Positions 25,567-35,424 of a stretch of DNA of 64,000 nucleotides are shown in pieces. Within the stretch, counting starts at the first letter, position 1. Every line of letters begins with the position of its first letter. A program made the position numbers and the translations under genes. This stretch comes from Bugula neritina (taxonomy: Eukaryota > Animalia > Bryozoa), in assembly GCA_964035545.1 (NCBI GenBank), contig OZ037770.1:2884662-2948661 (forward strand), given 5' to 3'. The notes below the pieces were generated by a model. That model did not search any database and was not told the DNA's origin. It saw only the letters and a program-made list of their open reading frames with translations.

Positions 25567-27620
25567 ATCACCCAGGGAGGCCCGCGCGTCTGTCGCCCCG
25601 CTGGGCGCCGCGCGGAGATGCTGTGAAGTGGCGACCCCCGCGGCAAGTAGGCTCCAGCCACTCGCCACCTGGGTCCTCTACGCCACTCCGGCACCAACAC
25701 GGAACCGGCAGACGGTTGACCACAGAGCCTGCGAGGGAAACGGTACAGGCGCCGCAAGGCGTACCGCCCCAACCTCGGCAGCTGGTCAATAGTCGCCGCC
25801 AACCGTGGACCCCTCGACCCACAGCGAGGGAGGTGCAACCACGGCACACACAATTGCAGCCACACGGAAGTAGCTACTTCCTACCAGGAAAGCTAGCCGG
25901 CAAGCCTGCCAACTTCCTCCTGGACTCAGGCTGCACCACCAACCTCCTTAGCCGTCAGTTCTTTGACACCCTCAGCGCTAAGGTCAAGGACAGGTTGGCA
26001 CCGTATGAGGGGGATCATGGCACCCTGGCAGACGGGTCATGCATTCCCTTCTACGGCATTATTGAGCTAACTGGTTACGTCCGTAACCAGGCCATCCAAG
26101 AGACGTTTATCGTCGGGCAGCTCAACGAGGATGCTATCCTCGGGATGCCATTCTTACAACGACACGGTTGTCGCATCGATTTCAGTAAATCTGCGATGAT
26201 CATGGGCGACAAGGAGCTCGCTTGTGTCGATAAGTTTGGTCGTCCTTTAGCGGGAGCAGTGCAGGTAGTACGGAGCTGTACTATACCAGGCCACTCCCGG
26301 GCTACCGTCTGCTGCAAGGTAGACGGTGGCCAAACCTCTAAGTTGGGAGTTGTCGAAAGTACGCACTCGAGAGTCCAACTTGCCCATAGCTTTAGCCGGC
26401 TTACGGGACAAGGAGAGATCTCAGTGCAGTGTGTCAACCCCTTCTCAGAGACAGTAGACCTACCACCCAGATCCATGCTGGGTCGCTTCCATCCTGTCCA
26501 GGAGGAAGCCATTGGGCCGTCGTCGGGAGCTACGACGGAAGGTCCTCAGCAGAGCCCGTCTCGAGGGCGGAGGACCGTCCCAACCCACGCCTCCCCTTCT
26601 CCAGGGACGCGTGGCTGCACAGGCAACGGGAAGCGCCAGGCTATGGCTAGGTTGCCACATGGGTACAGTGAGGCGTTCAGCCACACAGACCACGGAGCCC
26701 GCCTAAATAGAGCAGGCTGCCGTGAGGTACCACGGGCGGCGAGGACCGCCCCTGCTCAGCTACTCCAACAGAGGGCTGACACGCCCCCGGAGGCTGCCCA
26801 GAGCCTCTGCGCCAAACCTGTATGGGCTGGTAACGTTAGGGAGCTGCCGAAGCTCCAGGAATGCCTTCCTGGGGTGGTAGCCGACGTGTACCGAGCGAAA
26901 CAGGAAGGGCGACGACCCAGTAGTACACAACGGCGACAGGGATGCGCCGAGTTACGGCTGTACTGTCAACGTTGGAGCTCTCTGCGGGTCGGGCCAGATG
27001 GTCTGCTAACCATGACCTTGGCCGCCAACAGCAGACAGCCAGCCAGGAAGAGGGTTGTCTGCCCAGTTGCCATCCGCCGGAAGTTGATACAAGACACCCA
27101 CGAGGAGACTCACGGAGGAGTCCAAGGGGTGGTCACCAAGCTACAACTCCGGTGGTACTGGCCTAACATGGAACGGGATATCCGACGCAGAGTGAGACGG
27201 TGCAAAGTCTGCCAGACCAACAAGCATAGCCGTCTCCCTGGTGAAGCGGGGCGGCAGACGCATTGTGCGAGAAGGTCTCGGCAGGCGGAGACTGTCAACC
27301 TGGCCGGAAACACCTCCATGACACGTCAGGAAGACTTGGCGAGGCGAGAAAGGCTACTTCCGTCCTTGAAAGTGCGCCCACCGCCCCCAACGTCAAGCCT
27401 GCCATCATCACCACTTCCGGAACCAGAAACAGGTCCGGAAGTGCAAAAACCCCCCGTGGGAGGGGCTCCGCAAGGAGATACCAACATAGGACCAGGACCA
27501 CACACTAGGCAACTTCCAGCGTGTCTCAGAGACTGTGTACGTGACCGCGGTATAAGCGGCAGTAACGAAAGTCTAGAGGCCTCGCATGAAAAAACAGGCA
27601 AAGAGCCGTGGGAGTTGTGA
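25464..27620 (+). CDS. pol: Internally deleted Pol: aspartic protease + remnants + integrase HHCC, no RT/RNase H/DDE core
   Basis: The FLLDSGCTTN protease is intact. Alignment to element 2 jumps from the pre-RT region (REVPRAARTAP) to the post-RH region (QLLQQRAD...), and from the IN start (TVNLAGNTSMT) to the IN tail (RQEDLARRER). Confidence 0.88.
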   Translation: MRKARTFPERLPSAPTRVKLPRPADVPTSCGPSVNHPGRPARLSPRWAPRGDAVKWRPPRQVGSSHSPPGSSTPLRHQHGTGRRLTTEPARETVQAPQGVPPQPRQLVNSRRQPWTPRPTAREVQPRHTQLQPHGSSYFLPGKLAGKPANFLLDSGCTTNLLSRQFFDTLSAKVKDRLAPYEGDHGTLADGSCIPFYGIIELTGYVRNQAIQETFIVGQLNEDAILGMPFLQRHGCRIDFSKSAMIMGDKELACVDKFGRPLAGAVQVVRSCTIPGHSRATVCCKVDGGQTSKLGVVESTHSRVQLAHSFSRLTGQGEISVQCVNPFSETVDLPPRSMLGRFHPVQEEAIGPSSGATTEGPQQSPSRGRRTVPTHASPSPGTRGCTGNGKRQAMARLPHGYSEAFSHTDHGARLNRAGCREVPRAARTAPAQLLQQRADTPPEAAQSLCAKPVWAGNVRELPKLQECLPGVVADVYRAKQEGRRPSSTQRRQGCAELRLYCQRWSSLRVGPDGLLTMTLAANSRQPARKRVVCPVAIRRKLIQDTHEETHGGVQGVVTKLQLRWYWPNMERDIRRRVRRCKVCQTNKHSRLPGEAGRQTHCARRSRQAETVNLAGNTSMTRQEDLARRERLLPSLKVRPPPPTSSLPSSPLPEPETGPEVQKPPVGGAPQGDTNIGPGPHTRQLPACLRDCVRDRGISGSNESLEASHEKTGKEPWEL
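25515..25580 (+). promoter_or_regulatory. -1 ribosomal frameshift signal (G_TTA_AAC + stem-loop/pseudoknot)
   Basis: Heptamer 25515-25521, 5-nt spacer, stem CGGCCCGCAG/CTGCGGGCCG. Pol is in the -1 frame of gag. The signal is conserved in element 2. Confidence 0.8.
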
Positions 27621-28078
27621 TCACCACAAAAATCTCAACTTTTGCCTCGGCGGAATCTCACACGAGATTCATCCGCTGGAAGTAAAAAGCCCTAGTCACG
27701 TTTCACAACCACGCTGTCCGGTCTTTTCCTATGTTGATGCAGTCGAGAGTAGACGTGCCAGTAAACAGTAATCATTTACCACTCTCATTCCAAAATGTCT
27801 TACTATTCTGGATCGAAGGGTGTTAATTATGTTTTTGGTACGATAACTAGACTGCATCAGTCAGCTTAGCTACACTAGCTAGCTGGAGATTCGATAATGA
27901 TAAACAGTGGTGGGAATACACGTCGACTTTGATTTTAAATAATCTGCCATAGCGAGTGTGTTCTCCATCAACTATTCATTAGCCTGAATCTCACGAGTGT
28001 AACTGAACAGAGTACCGGTCAGGCTGTACACGCCGACGGTGCCTCAGTGTATAATCTTTAACACTGCTACTCTTTCAG

Positions 28079-28845
28079 ATCACACTCGAGTGACCACCTC
28101 CCGGTCACGGGACCAGCCAACCTCTCTGTCTATGGAAGAAGAGCCTGTAATGGAGAATGGCATACCCGTAGTGCTCCGCCGACGACACCGTTGGGTGTCA
28201 CCCACGACAGAGAGGAGAATTGAAGAAGCCTGGGGACCCAGTGGACCACACCGAACCTGCCAGGTCTGCTTTGAGGAGTGCCCGTCACACCGCTCCCTGC
28301 GTTTACATGTAGACGCCCATTTCCTACTCCACTTCTGTCCCTGCGGGTTCCACGACGTCTACCCGTATCCCGTGACAGTACATAAGCTAAGCTGCTTCGC
28401 CGGAGAGAACCACACTGTTGATGAAGACAGTTTCCCCCTATACCTGGATGCCATCAAGCCAGTCATCAGGAAGGCTATCACCCTGGCCGCACTAACGTCA
28501 GGGTTTCACGTACTGCTACTATCTGCCCGCCATAAGTCCCCTATGGTTCAGGGCCCACCTCCTACCCCCGTCAACCCTAGCAACACCCCAGAAGTAGAAG
28601 AAACAACAATATCCCCTCTAACGGAGACCACTACAACCCCACCAAGGCCTAGCCAGCTGGCTAACGTAGAAGAGCGGCTTATGAGACTACAAGCCGAGTT
28701 CACACAACTTGCCCCTGACCTGCTGGATACGACGACAGGTCTATACCAGTTGAAGGACTCAGTGGGGCGACTGAAGAGGCGGCTACGGGCCCGACAGGCT
28801 CGACACAGAGCATGGTCGCTACAAGAATCAGAGTCCAACCAATGA
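28079..28845 (+). CDS. ORF3 exon 2 of element 1: C2H2 + C2HC zinc fingers, Pro-rich linker, coiled coil (spliced to gag leader 24616-24658; 269 aa)
   Basis: CQVC-x12-H-x3-H, CPC-x12-H-x3-C and C-terminal heptads. TCTTTCAG acceptor at 28077-28078. Homologue present in element 2. Confidence 0.85.
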
Positions 28846-29135
28846 GAATGCCTGGGGTAGGCACCTTCGTTGAGCGATACTCGTTTGGAATGTGACGAGC
28901 GCTCCGACATTGGCCCGCGTGCTGGTAAGCACCCTCTCTCTTAATAGCTGACTAGATGTGTGTGATCGATCACCCTGTTGTCTTCTAATGTAAACGTTGT
29001 CGTGCTCAACTATTTCTTTTCTTACTCTTTGTGGGTTTACTTATGTATGTTTTTCTTTTTGGATTATTGTATGGTTTTTCATTATGTTTTTTTATTGTGT
29101 TATCAGAAAGTAGGGCTTTCTGCTGGGGGGGACGG

Positions 29136-29487
29136 TGTAGTGAGTAGTGCAAGTACAAATACAGGAATCGCCCTCTCCCTACTCTTGGAATACTTAGACT
29201 CTTATGTAGCAACCAATTAGCAGCTCCGGAAGATATGCTTCCGATTCACGTGACACTTCCCGGGTTATTAACATTATATCACGTTGTTGTAAGCGGAGGC
29301 TTGTAGTAGTAACATGTGTTAGTAGTTGACTCTTGTATAGGATAATTTGATGTGATGTTTGGTTTATGCTTTATTGTGGATAATAAATATAATTACTCGA
29401 CAGCTACCTTAGTAATTGATAACAGAATAACCAGCTAACTATACGCAAGTAAATAACTCACGCTCAGTAATTGCACAAATTACTACA
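29136..29487 (+). repeat. 3' LTR of element 1
   Basis: Preceded by PPT GGGGGGGACGG (29125-29135) and followed by the ATAC TSD. Confidence 0.97.
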
Positions 29488-30659
29488 ATACCACTCACAT
29501 AGCTATAGCACACACCTACCATAGACTGGGTAGACTGTATCATAACACAGGTCAATATACACACTCAGTACACTGCTATAACATGGCCCTGGTACAGAGA
29601 GATAGGTGTAATACTGCTCATCTCCCTCTATATACAGCTGTGTTAGTCAGTTTCTCTCAGACTATGATCTCGTTGTCAGACTACAAACACGCTAAGGGTC
29701 TCCTACTACTCGCTCTCAAACATTCACCTACTGACTACTGTAAGGATACTCAGGCTGGTATCTGTCAATTCTTAGGATAGTGTTGTCTCCACTTACATCA
29801 GTACAGGAAGTGTTGGAAATATTTTATATGACGCCCTAAAATAACTTCAAATTGAAAACATAAATAAAAAATTAAAAAATGAAGTTATCCTCCTTTAACA
29901 AAGATAATTAAAATACAGCAAATAAAATAATTATTTAACAGATTACTGGAAATATAAAAAGTTGGTAAATTATTTTTAGTTTCCTGAAATAATTAAACTG
30001 TGAAAAAGTTTCAGTTTGAGCCAATGCAGATTAGGAGACTCAGTTGCATAGTATTTGCTTAGAAAATATCCAAGTAATATTTTAAAGTAGCACCCAACGT
30101 GTAAATGATATATTCCATTTATAAAAAACCATATTAATGCTGCAAGTTTCCATAAACCGCAGTCTCTTCTACTGGAGTTGTCGTTCTTTAAAAGTAGAGT
30201 GTATTTTCTGTTTCAGCCATTCATGCATAGTGACAGGGGGGTACTTAGAACGCCCCACTAGACATTCTATTAGTGTGGTCTGGTCTGGAGTAGCAAAGAA
30301 TGGGATAGAAACTCTGTCAGCCTCCTGCAGGTGCATGTCATCTGACACCAACACTCGGTGCTTCTGAAAAACATAAACAGTTTTCAAGGAACAAAGAAAA
30401 TAGTTCATGAAAATACTGCATTCTACAAATTTTAAGTCAAATTTGACTTTCTTCCATCAGAGTTTTTCTACAAAAATGCAACAAAGCAAAGCATTAACTA
30501 TATTCACAGCAAAAATATTATGTTTATTACAGAGACAAGGTTACCAGTTGAGTAGCTTTTCAATAAAGTAACATAACCTGGTAGAACCTGCTTGCTGTGC
30601 TTTTTGTAACTATCAACTACTTAGCGTGACATCACTAGTTAGTATGACATCACAAGTTA

Positions 30660-30985
30660 GCCTAGGGCCACACGGTGCGTATTTTCGCATGCGAAAATTG
30701 AAATCACAAGTAGCGTCAGTGATGCGTGATAAATAAAGCTTTCATTTTTAAATCGCACTCGCTTTCAATAAAACGCAACTTACTGGAATGTAGCACTAAA
30801 ATAAAGAAATTGGGCTCGCTGAATAACTACCAGCCAGTTAGGTGACGACGACAGAGACGATTTGCACTTGCGTTGAAAATGCTGAGCGACAAGTGCGAAG
30901 GTTTTCTCAACGCGCACAGTGGACACCTTTGCTACTTGTGATTTCAATTTTCGCATACGAAAATACGCACCGTGTGGCCCTAGGC
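30660..30985. mobile_element. PIF/Harbinger-type MITE, second copy (inverted relative to 23603-23946)
   Basis: Same TIRs; TTA TSD (30657-30659, 30986-30988). Inserted in an 18-bp minisatellite within the last dioxygenase intron. Confidence 0.88.
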
Positions 30986-31247
30986 TTAGTGTGACATCAC
31001 TAGTTAATGTGACATCACTAGTTAGTATGACATCACTAGTTAATGTGACATCACTAGTTAGTATGACATCACTAGTTAGTGTGACATCACTAGTTAGTAT
31101 GACATCACTAGTTAGTGTGACATCACTAGTTAGTGTGACATCACTAGTTAGTGTGACATCTCTAGTTAGTATGACATCACTAGTTAGTGTGACATCACTA
31201 GTTGGTATGACATCACTAGTTTGTGTGACATCACTAGTTAGTATGAC
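30986..31247. repeat. 18-bp minisatellite (RTGACATCACTAGTTAGT)n
   Basis: About 14 copies here, plus about 2 copies at 30620-30659 on the other side of the MITE. Confidence 0.95.
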
Positions 31248-33501
31248 GGAGCAAAGAGCATTTTTAATGCAAAGAAAAACCTAGTCTGGAGTAAAGTTTT
31301 CCTTGTTTAATTTCTCGATATAACACATCCCAGAACTCAGTCTATAGAATACAGTTGTATGGTAGATTTGATGTGTTTGTTTTCTCAATATAACACATTG
31401 TGGAACTTACATTAGCAACCAGAGTGTCTGACGTCCAGAACTGCATTACATCACCAATATTAACAATAATACCACCAGGGGGAGCTGTCACTGCCTCATA
31501 TTCTCCAGTGGATCTATTCATCACCTGGTATAATATAATACACAGAGACTACAAGCAGCGAAGATAACTTCTAAATGTTAGTAAATTAAACTAACAAATA
31601 TGATAGAATTCAGAGCTCATTGTGTAGAGGTCAGGCACAACTAACTCATACAAGTATTATGTAATATGAACCTCTAGCCCGGGGCTATCTTGAATCAGTA
31701 AAGTAACGGAGCCGTAGTCACTGTGCTCCCCACATCTAACTTGGCCAGGTTCTAAGTCTACATTCACCGAACAAGCAATCTTGTTAGCTCATCTGATTGG
31801 TTGAATAGGAAGTGATGTCACACTTGAAACTACATTCACACATGCAATATATTGTATACAATACCATAACTAATAGATGTAACTCTTATCCTAATACTTA
31901 GTATTCAAGGAAACATCTCAAGATTCCTACATATACATGATATACTATGTTGATGTTAATATTGTACTAAAATATGGTTTACTAAAGTAACGCTGTCTGT
32001 TCTATTATATACACAGAATATACAACTATACTGTTACTCTTAGTATCTGTGAATGTGTGTTGTACATGCAACCAGTAAAATATAGCCTAGGAATCTCACC
32101 TTTGTTGAGAGTGGCTGGGTAAAAGTTAACTCGAATAGCCGACTCAGTATGAGAGGAACCAAAGCTATGAGAATTTGCTATATAAGACGGGTCTTTCAGT
32201 CTTAGACCTAGGCCTATCAGCTTCATGAACTGCAGTGAGAGGGTAGACAGTCTCCCCCACCATTCCTTGAGAATTTTCATAGAATCTGGTATTTCCTAGA
32301 GAAAGTGTAAAATGTTAATAGCAAAGACTCACTCTTTACATTCTCAGTCTGGAATTTGTTAATTTCTAAAATAATGAAACGAAATGATAAAAACTTCAAA
32401 CAATATTATGATGGACAATATGTAGAAAAATTATAGATATTCATCGCAACACAAAGTGACTATGTCATACATGAAATATTTCAATTTACACTCATATTTG
32501 CACTAATGTTTAGTACACACTATACACTATACACTTGACAATGAAACCATTTTACACTATAAACTCACTGTTTCCGCCATTACTGGTCGAAAGTTAAAAG
32601 TTTCCTTGTAGTCCCCTGCCCTCCTATCAGTAGAGAGAGTTTCTCGTCCAACATCCACCCTCCCTGTGTTACTCATCAGTCCCTTTGTGTACAAGCACTT
32701 TTCACTCTCTCCCAAACCAAAGAATTATTTTACTTCGTTCATCAATGTGTCCATCTGAAAGCATGAAGCAGACAAAATAAAGTGCACTAAAACATTCAGA
32801 TTTAAGTTTTACCTGTACACATACACTACAGAGCACCTGGGAATACCTGTATATATAAACTGAACAGCACTTGCTGACACCTGCCAGCACTTCATAAAAT
32901 TGAAAGTGACTTCTGCAAGGCTGATAGAAATATGAACAAAACTCATAAATATTGACAATAAATACAGAGTTACATACTATATGACATTCTCTCTAATCTG
33001 CTTCATATAAACACCTACACACTACTTGTATGTTACCTCGCCTTGAGTTATTCCTGTGTTCACTAGACAGATAAATCCTACAGTCTTTAATGCTGCTATT
33101 ATGTCATCAGCCAGTGATATCTGTTCAGGAGTTGTCTTCCATAGCAGTGCTGCATCTCCTGGTATTGACTGTCCAGCAGTAAAGTCTATTACAGGCACAA
33201 TTGGCTTCTCCGTGGCACTATCTAAATATCAACAAAGGTAAATAAGCTAACTTGGTGGATGAGATACGAAATAAGTTGGCTGAACACAAACTTGAAACCT
33301 TTTCTAAAAAGTAACAAATACATGAATTAGAGAATTTGACTCTTGAAATTAAACAAGGTGATACTTTGCTTAGATACTTGCTTAGACCTAGTGATTAGTT
33401 GCTACCATTACGCAATAGGTATAATTGTCATGATGCCTAATGGCATTCCGCATTCATAATAATAATAATAATCAACATTATCATATTGGTAATGTGAATA
33501 T

Positions 33502-33806
33502 TGTTAAGATTTTCAGTTTTAGGGTTGATGTGCTATCCAGAGAGTCTATTTATTTACTATAGAACTGCACCAGGATAAGTCGAGTGAACGAGTATATTTT
33601 ACACACAACTATACATTATAAAAACGATACATTATTTCCAAACAAGTTACACATCTAATCTATTTCACACTCTAGCTTCGACTGAGTTAGCAGCGGGAAA
33701 CTACAATTGCTGCTAACTATCAACTACGCTAATTGGCTATCCATTGTTCCGGGTCAATTACGCGACCCTACATGTTGTGCTGCTGGTAGTTCCACGAACC
33801 ACCACA
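33502..33806 (-). repeat. 3' LTR of element 2
   Basis: Identical by eye to 40702-41006 (offset 7200). Confidence 0.97.
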
Positions 33807-34093
33807 CCGCCCCCACCAGCAGAAAGCCATCTTTCTGATATATATATATAAAAACATTCAATAGTAATTGCATACATCAGTGGACAAAATAATACATAAT
33901 ATACAGGAAGAGACATAATAATAGGCAGAGTCATTATAACGATCCGTTGCATACAATTGGCCAGCTGTAGATAGACGAGGAATACTAGCTAGCTGTAGTA
34001 TTAGACAAGGAATAACCTGTCTAGCAGTTAAACATTTGCACGATCTTGGTTCCTCACAAGATGTGAAGTTGCGGAGTATTCTGGGTAGCCTAA

Positions 34094-34881
34094 CTAGAGT
34101 CCTTGTTGGGCACGCCGGTGCTTGGCTTGGCATGTACGCAGTTTCCGTTTCATACGGCATACGGATCCCTTTAGCTGGAAGAGTCCGGTTGTAGTGTTAA
34201 GTAGATCTGGTGCCAGCTGGGTGAATTCTTCTTGTAATCGCAGGAGGCGTTCTTCTACTGTGGCTAGGCGGACTGGGTCGGGGGACGGTGTCCGTCTGTG
34301 GCGCAAGGGTGGACTGGGGGACCTGGTTCGTCTCTTCGCCGGGGTAGGGGAGATCTCTCCTTCTTCTGGATATGTAGTTTCCTCGGGGGTGTATGTAATT
34401 TGAGGGCGGTCAGACACCAACGGGGATTGTTGGCGGGCGTTGTCTAACACACGTTGGAACCCCGAGGACAGAACGGCTAATAGCATGGCCTTCTTCACCA
34501 GAGGTCGTATAAGTGTGAGGAACTCCGGGTATAGCTTAGCGTCGACCACGTAGTTTTCTCCAGGGAAACAGCCCGCCGCTCTGTGTCTGGTGACGGGGTA
34601 GGGATACACATCATTGTACCCGCAGGGGCAGAATGTCAGTAGGAGATGAGCATTGACGTGTAGTTTAAGGGAGCGGTGAGAGGCGCAATCTTCACCACAG
34701 ATCTGGCATCTCGTCCGTCCTCTGGACCCCCAGGCTGTTTCTATTTCTTCTTCTGTTTGTGGAGACACCCACCGCCAACGGCGGCGTAGTGGCTCAGGCC
34801 GGTCACCACTAGCATACTCCTCTGGATACGGAGCGGGAAGTGTTCTATCCCGTACCCTGGTTGTAGCGGGTCGAGTGTAAT
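34094..34881 (-). CDS. ORF3 exon 2 of element 2: C2H2 + C2HC zinc fingers, RSPSP linker, coiled coil (spliced to gag leader 40670-40628; 276 aa)
   Basis: CQIC-x12-H-x3-H, CPC-x12-H-x4-C, LATVEERLLRLQEEFTQLAPDLL heptads. CTTTTTCAG acceptor at 34883-34882. Confidence 0.85.
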
Positions 34882-35424
34882 CTGAAAAAGTTTCAACAGT
34901 GTTAATACAGTACACTGCTGTGTTGTCAGCTTGAACAGCTTGGCAACTCCTAATTCAGTTACCTCGTAGAGATTTATGGTAGTGAATAGTCAGATAGAAC
35001 ACGTATTGCAATGAGATTATAAAAATCTCTAAGTCAAACTGAGTTCTTACTACGGTATTTCACTAACCTATCTCCAGCTCGATTGACTCAGTGAGTCAGA
35101 GCTGAGCGATGCAATCTAGTTTCGTATTAAGATATAGTTAACTCACCCCACGATCTGTTGTCGTAAGACATACTGAATGTGTGAAATGGTTTGAACTACT
35201 GCTTAGAAACACGTCTACTCCTGACTGCATCAGCGTATGAAAAGATCGAGCAACGTGGTTGGGGTGCGTGATTAAGACTTTGTGCACCCGGCGGATGAAT
35301 TTTATTTCTATTTCCGCCGATGCAAAAGTTGATATTTCCGTGGTGTTGACAACTCCCACATTTGCTCGATTCTTTTCTCGTACGGTTTTCCCCTAGACTT
35401 TCATGCGTGCCGCTTTTAACGCAG

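Larger units (their letters stand above)
24229..29487 (+). mobile_element. Non-autonomous Ty3/Gypsy LTR retrotransposon (element 1, 5259 bp): gag, protease, RT/RH and IN core deleted, ORF3
   Basis: Identical 352-bp LTRs (TGTAGT...ACTACA), ATAC TSD, tRNA-Leu PBS, PPT, and gag/pol-derived ORFs. Confidence 0.97.
24170..29780 (+). pseudogene. TPR-coding exon (116 codons incl. stop) interrupted by an LTR retrotransposon
   Basis: 24170-24228 + 29492-29780 reads SLHYLTLSLDMAKAIHGDNT/THIAIAHTYHRLGRLYHNTGQYTHSVHCYNMAL...FLG*, similar to the upstream TPR unit. It is preceded by a pyrimidine tract and AG (24168-24169). Confidence 0.75.

Noticed and set aside
28039-28845. ORF3 as an env gene
   Set aside because: It has no signal peptide, fusion-protein pattern or C-terminal transmembrane anchor; it has zinc fingers and a coiled coil instead.
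30919-31284. VTSLVS repeat ORF
   Set aside because: It spans a MITE end plus the 18-bp minisatellite inside an intron of the opposite-strand gene.
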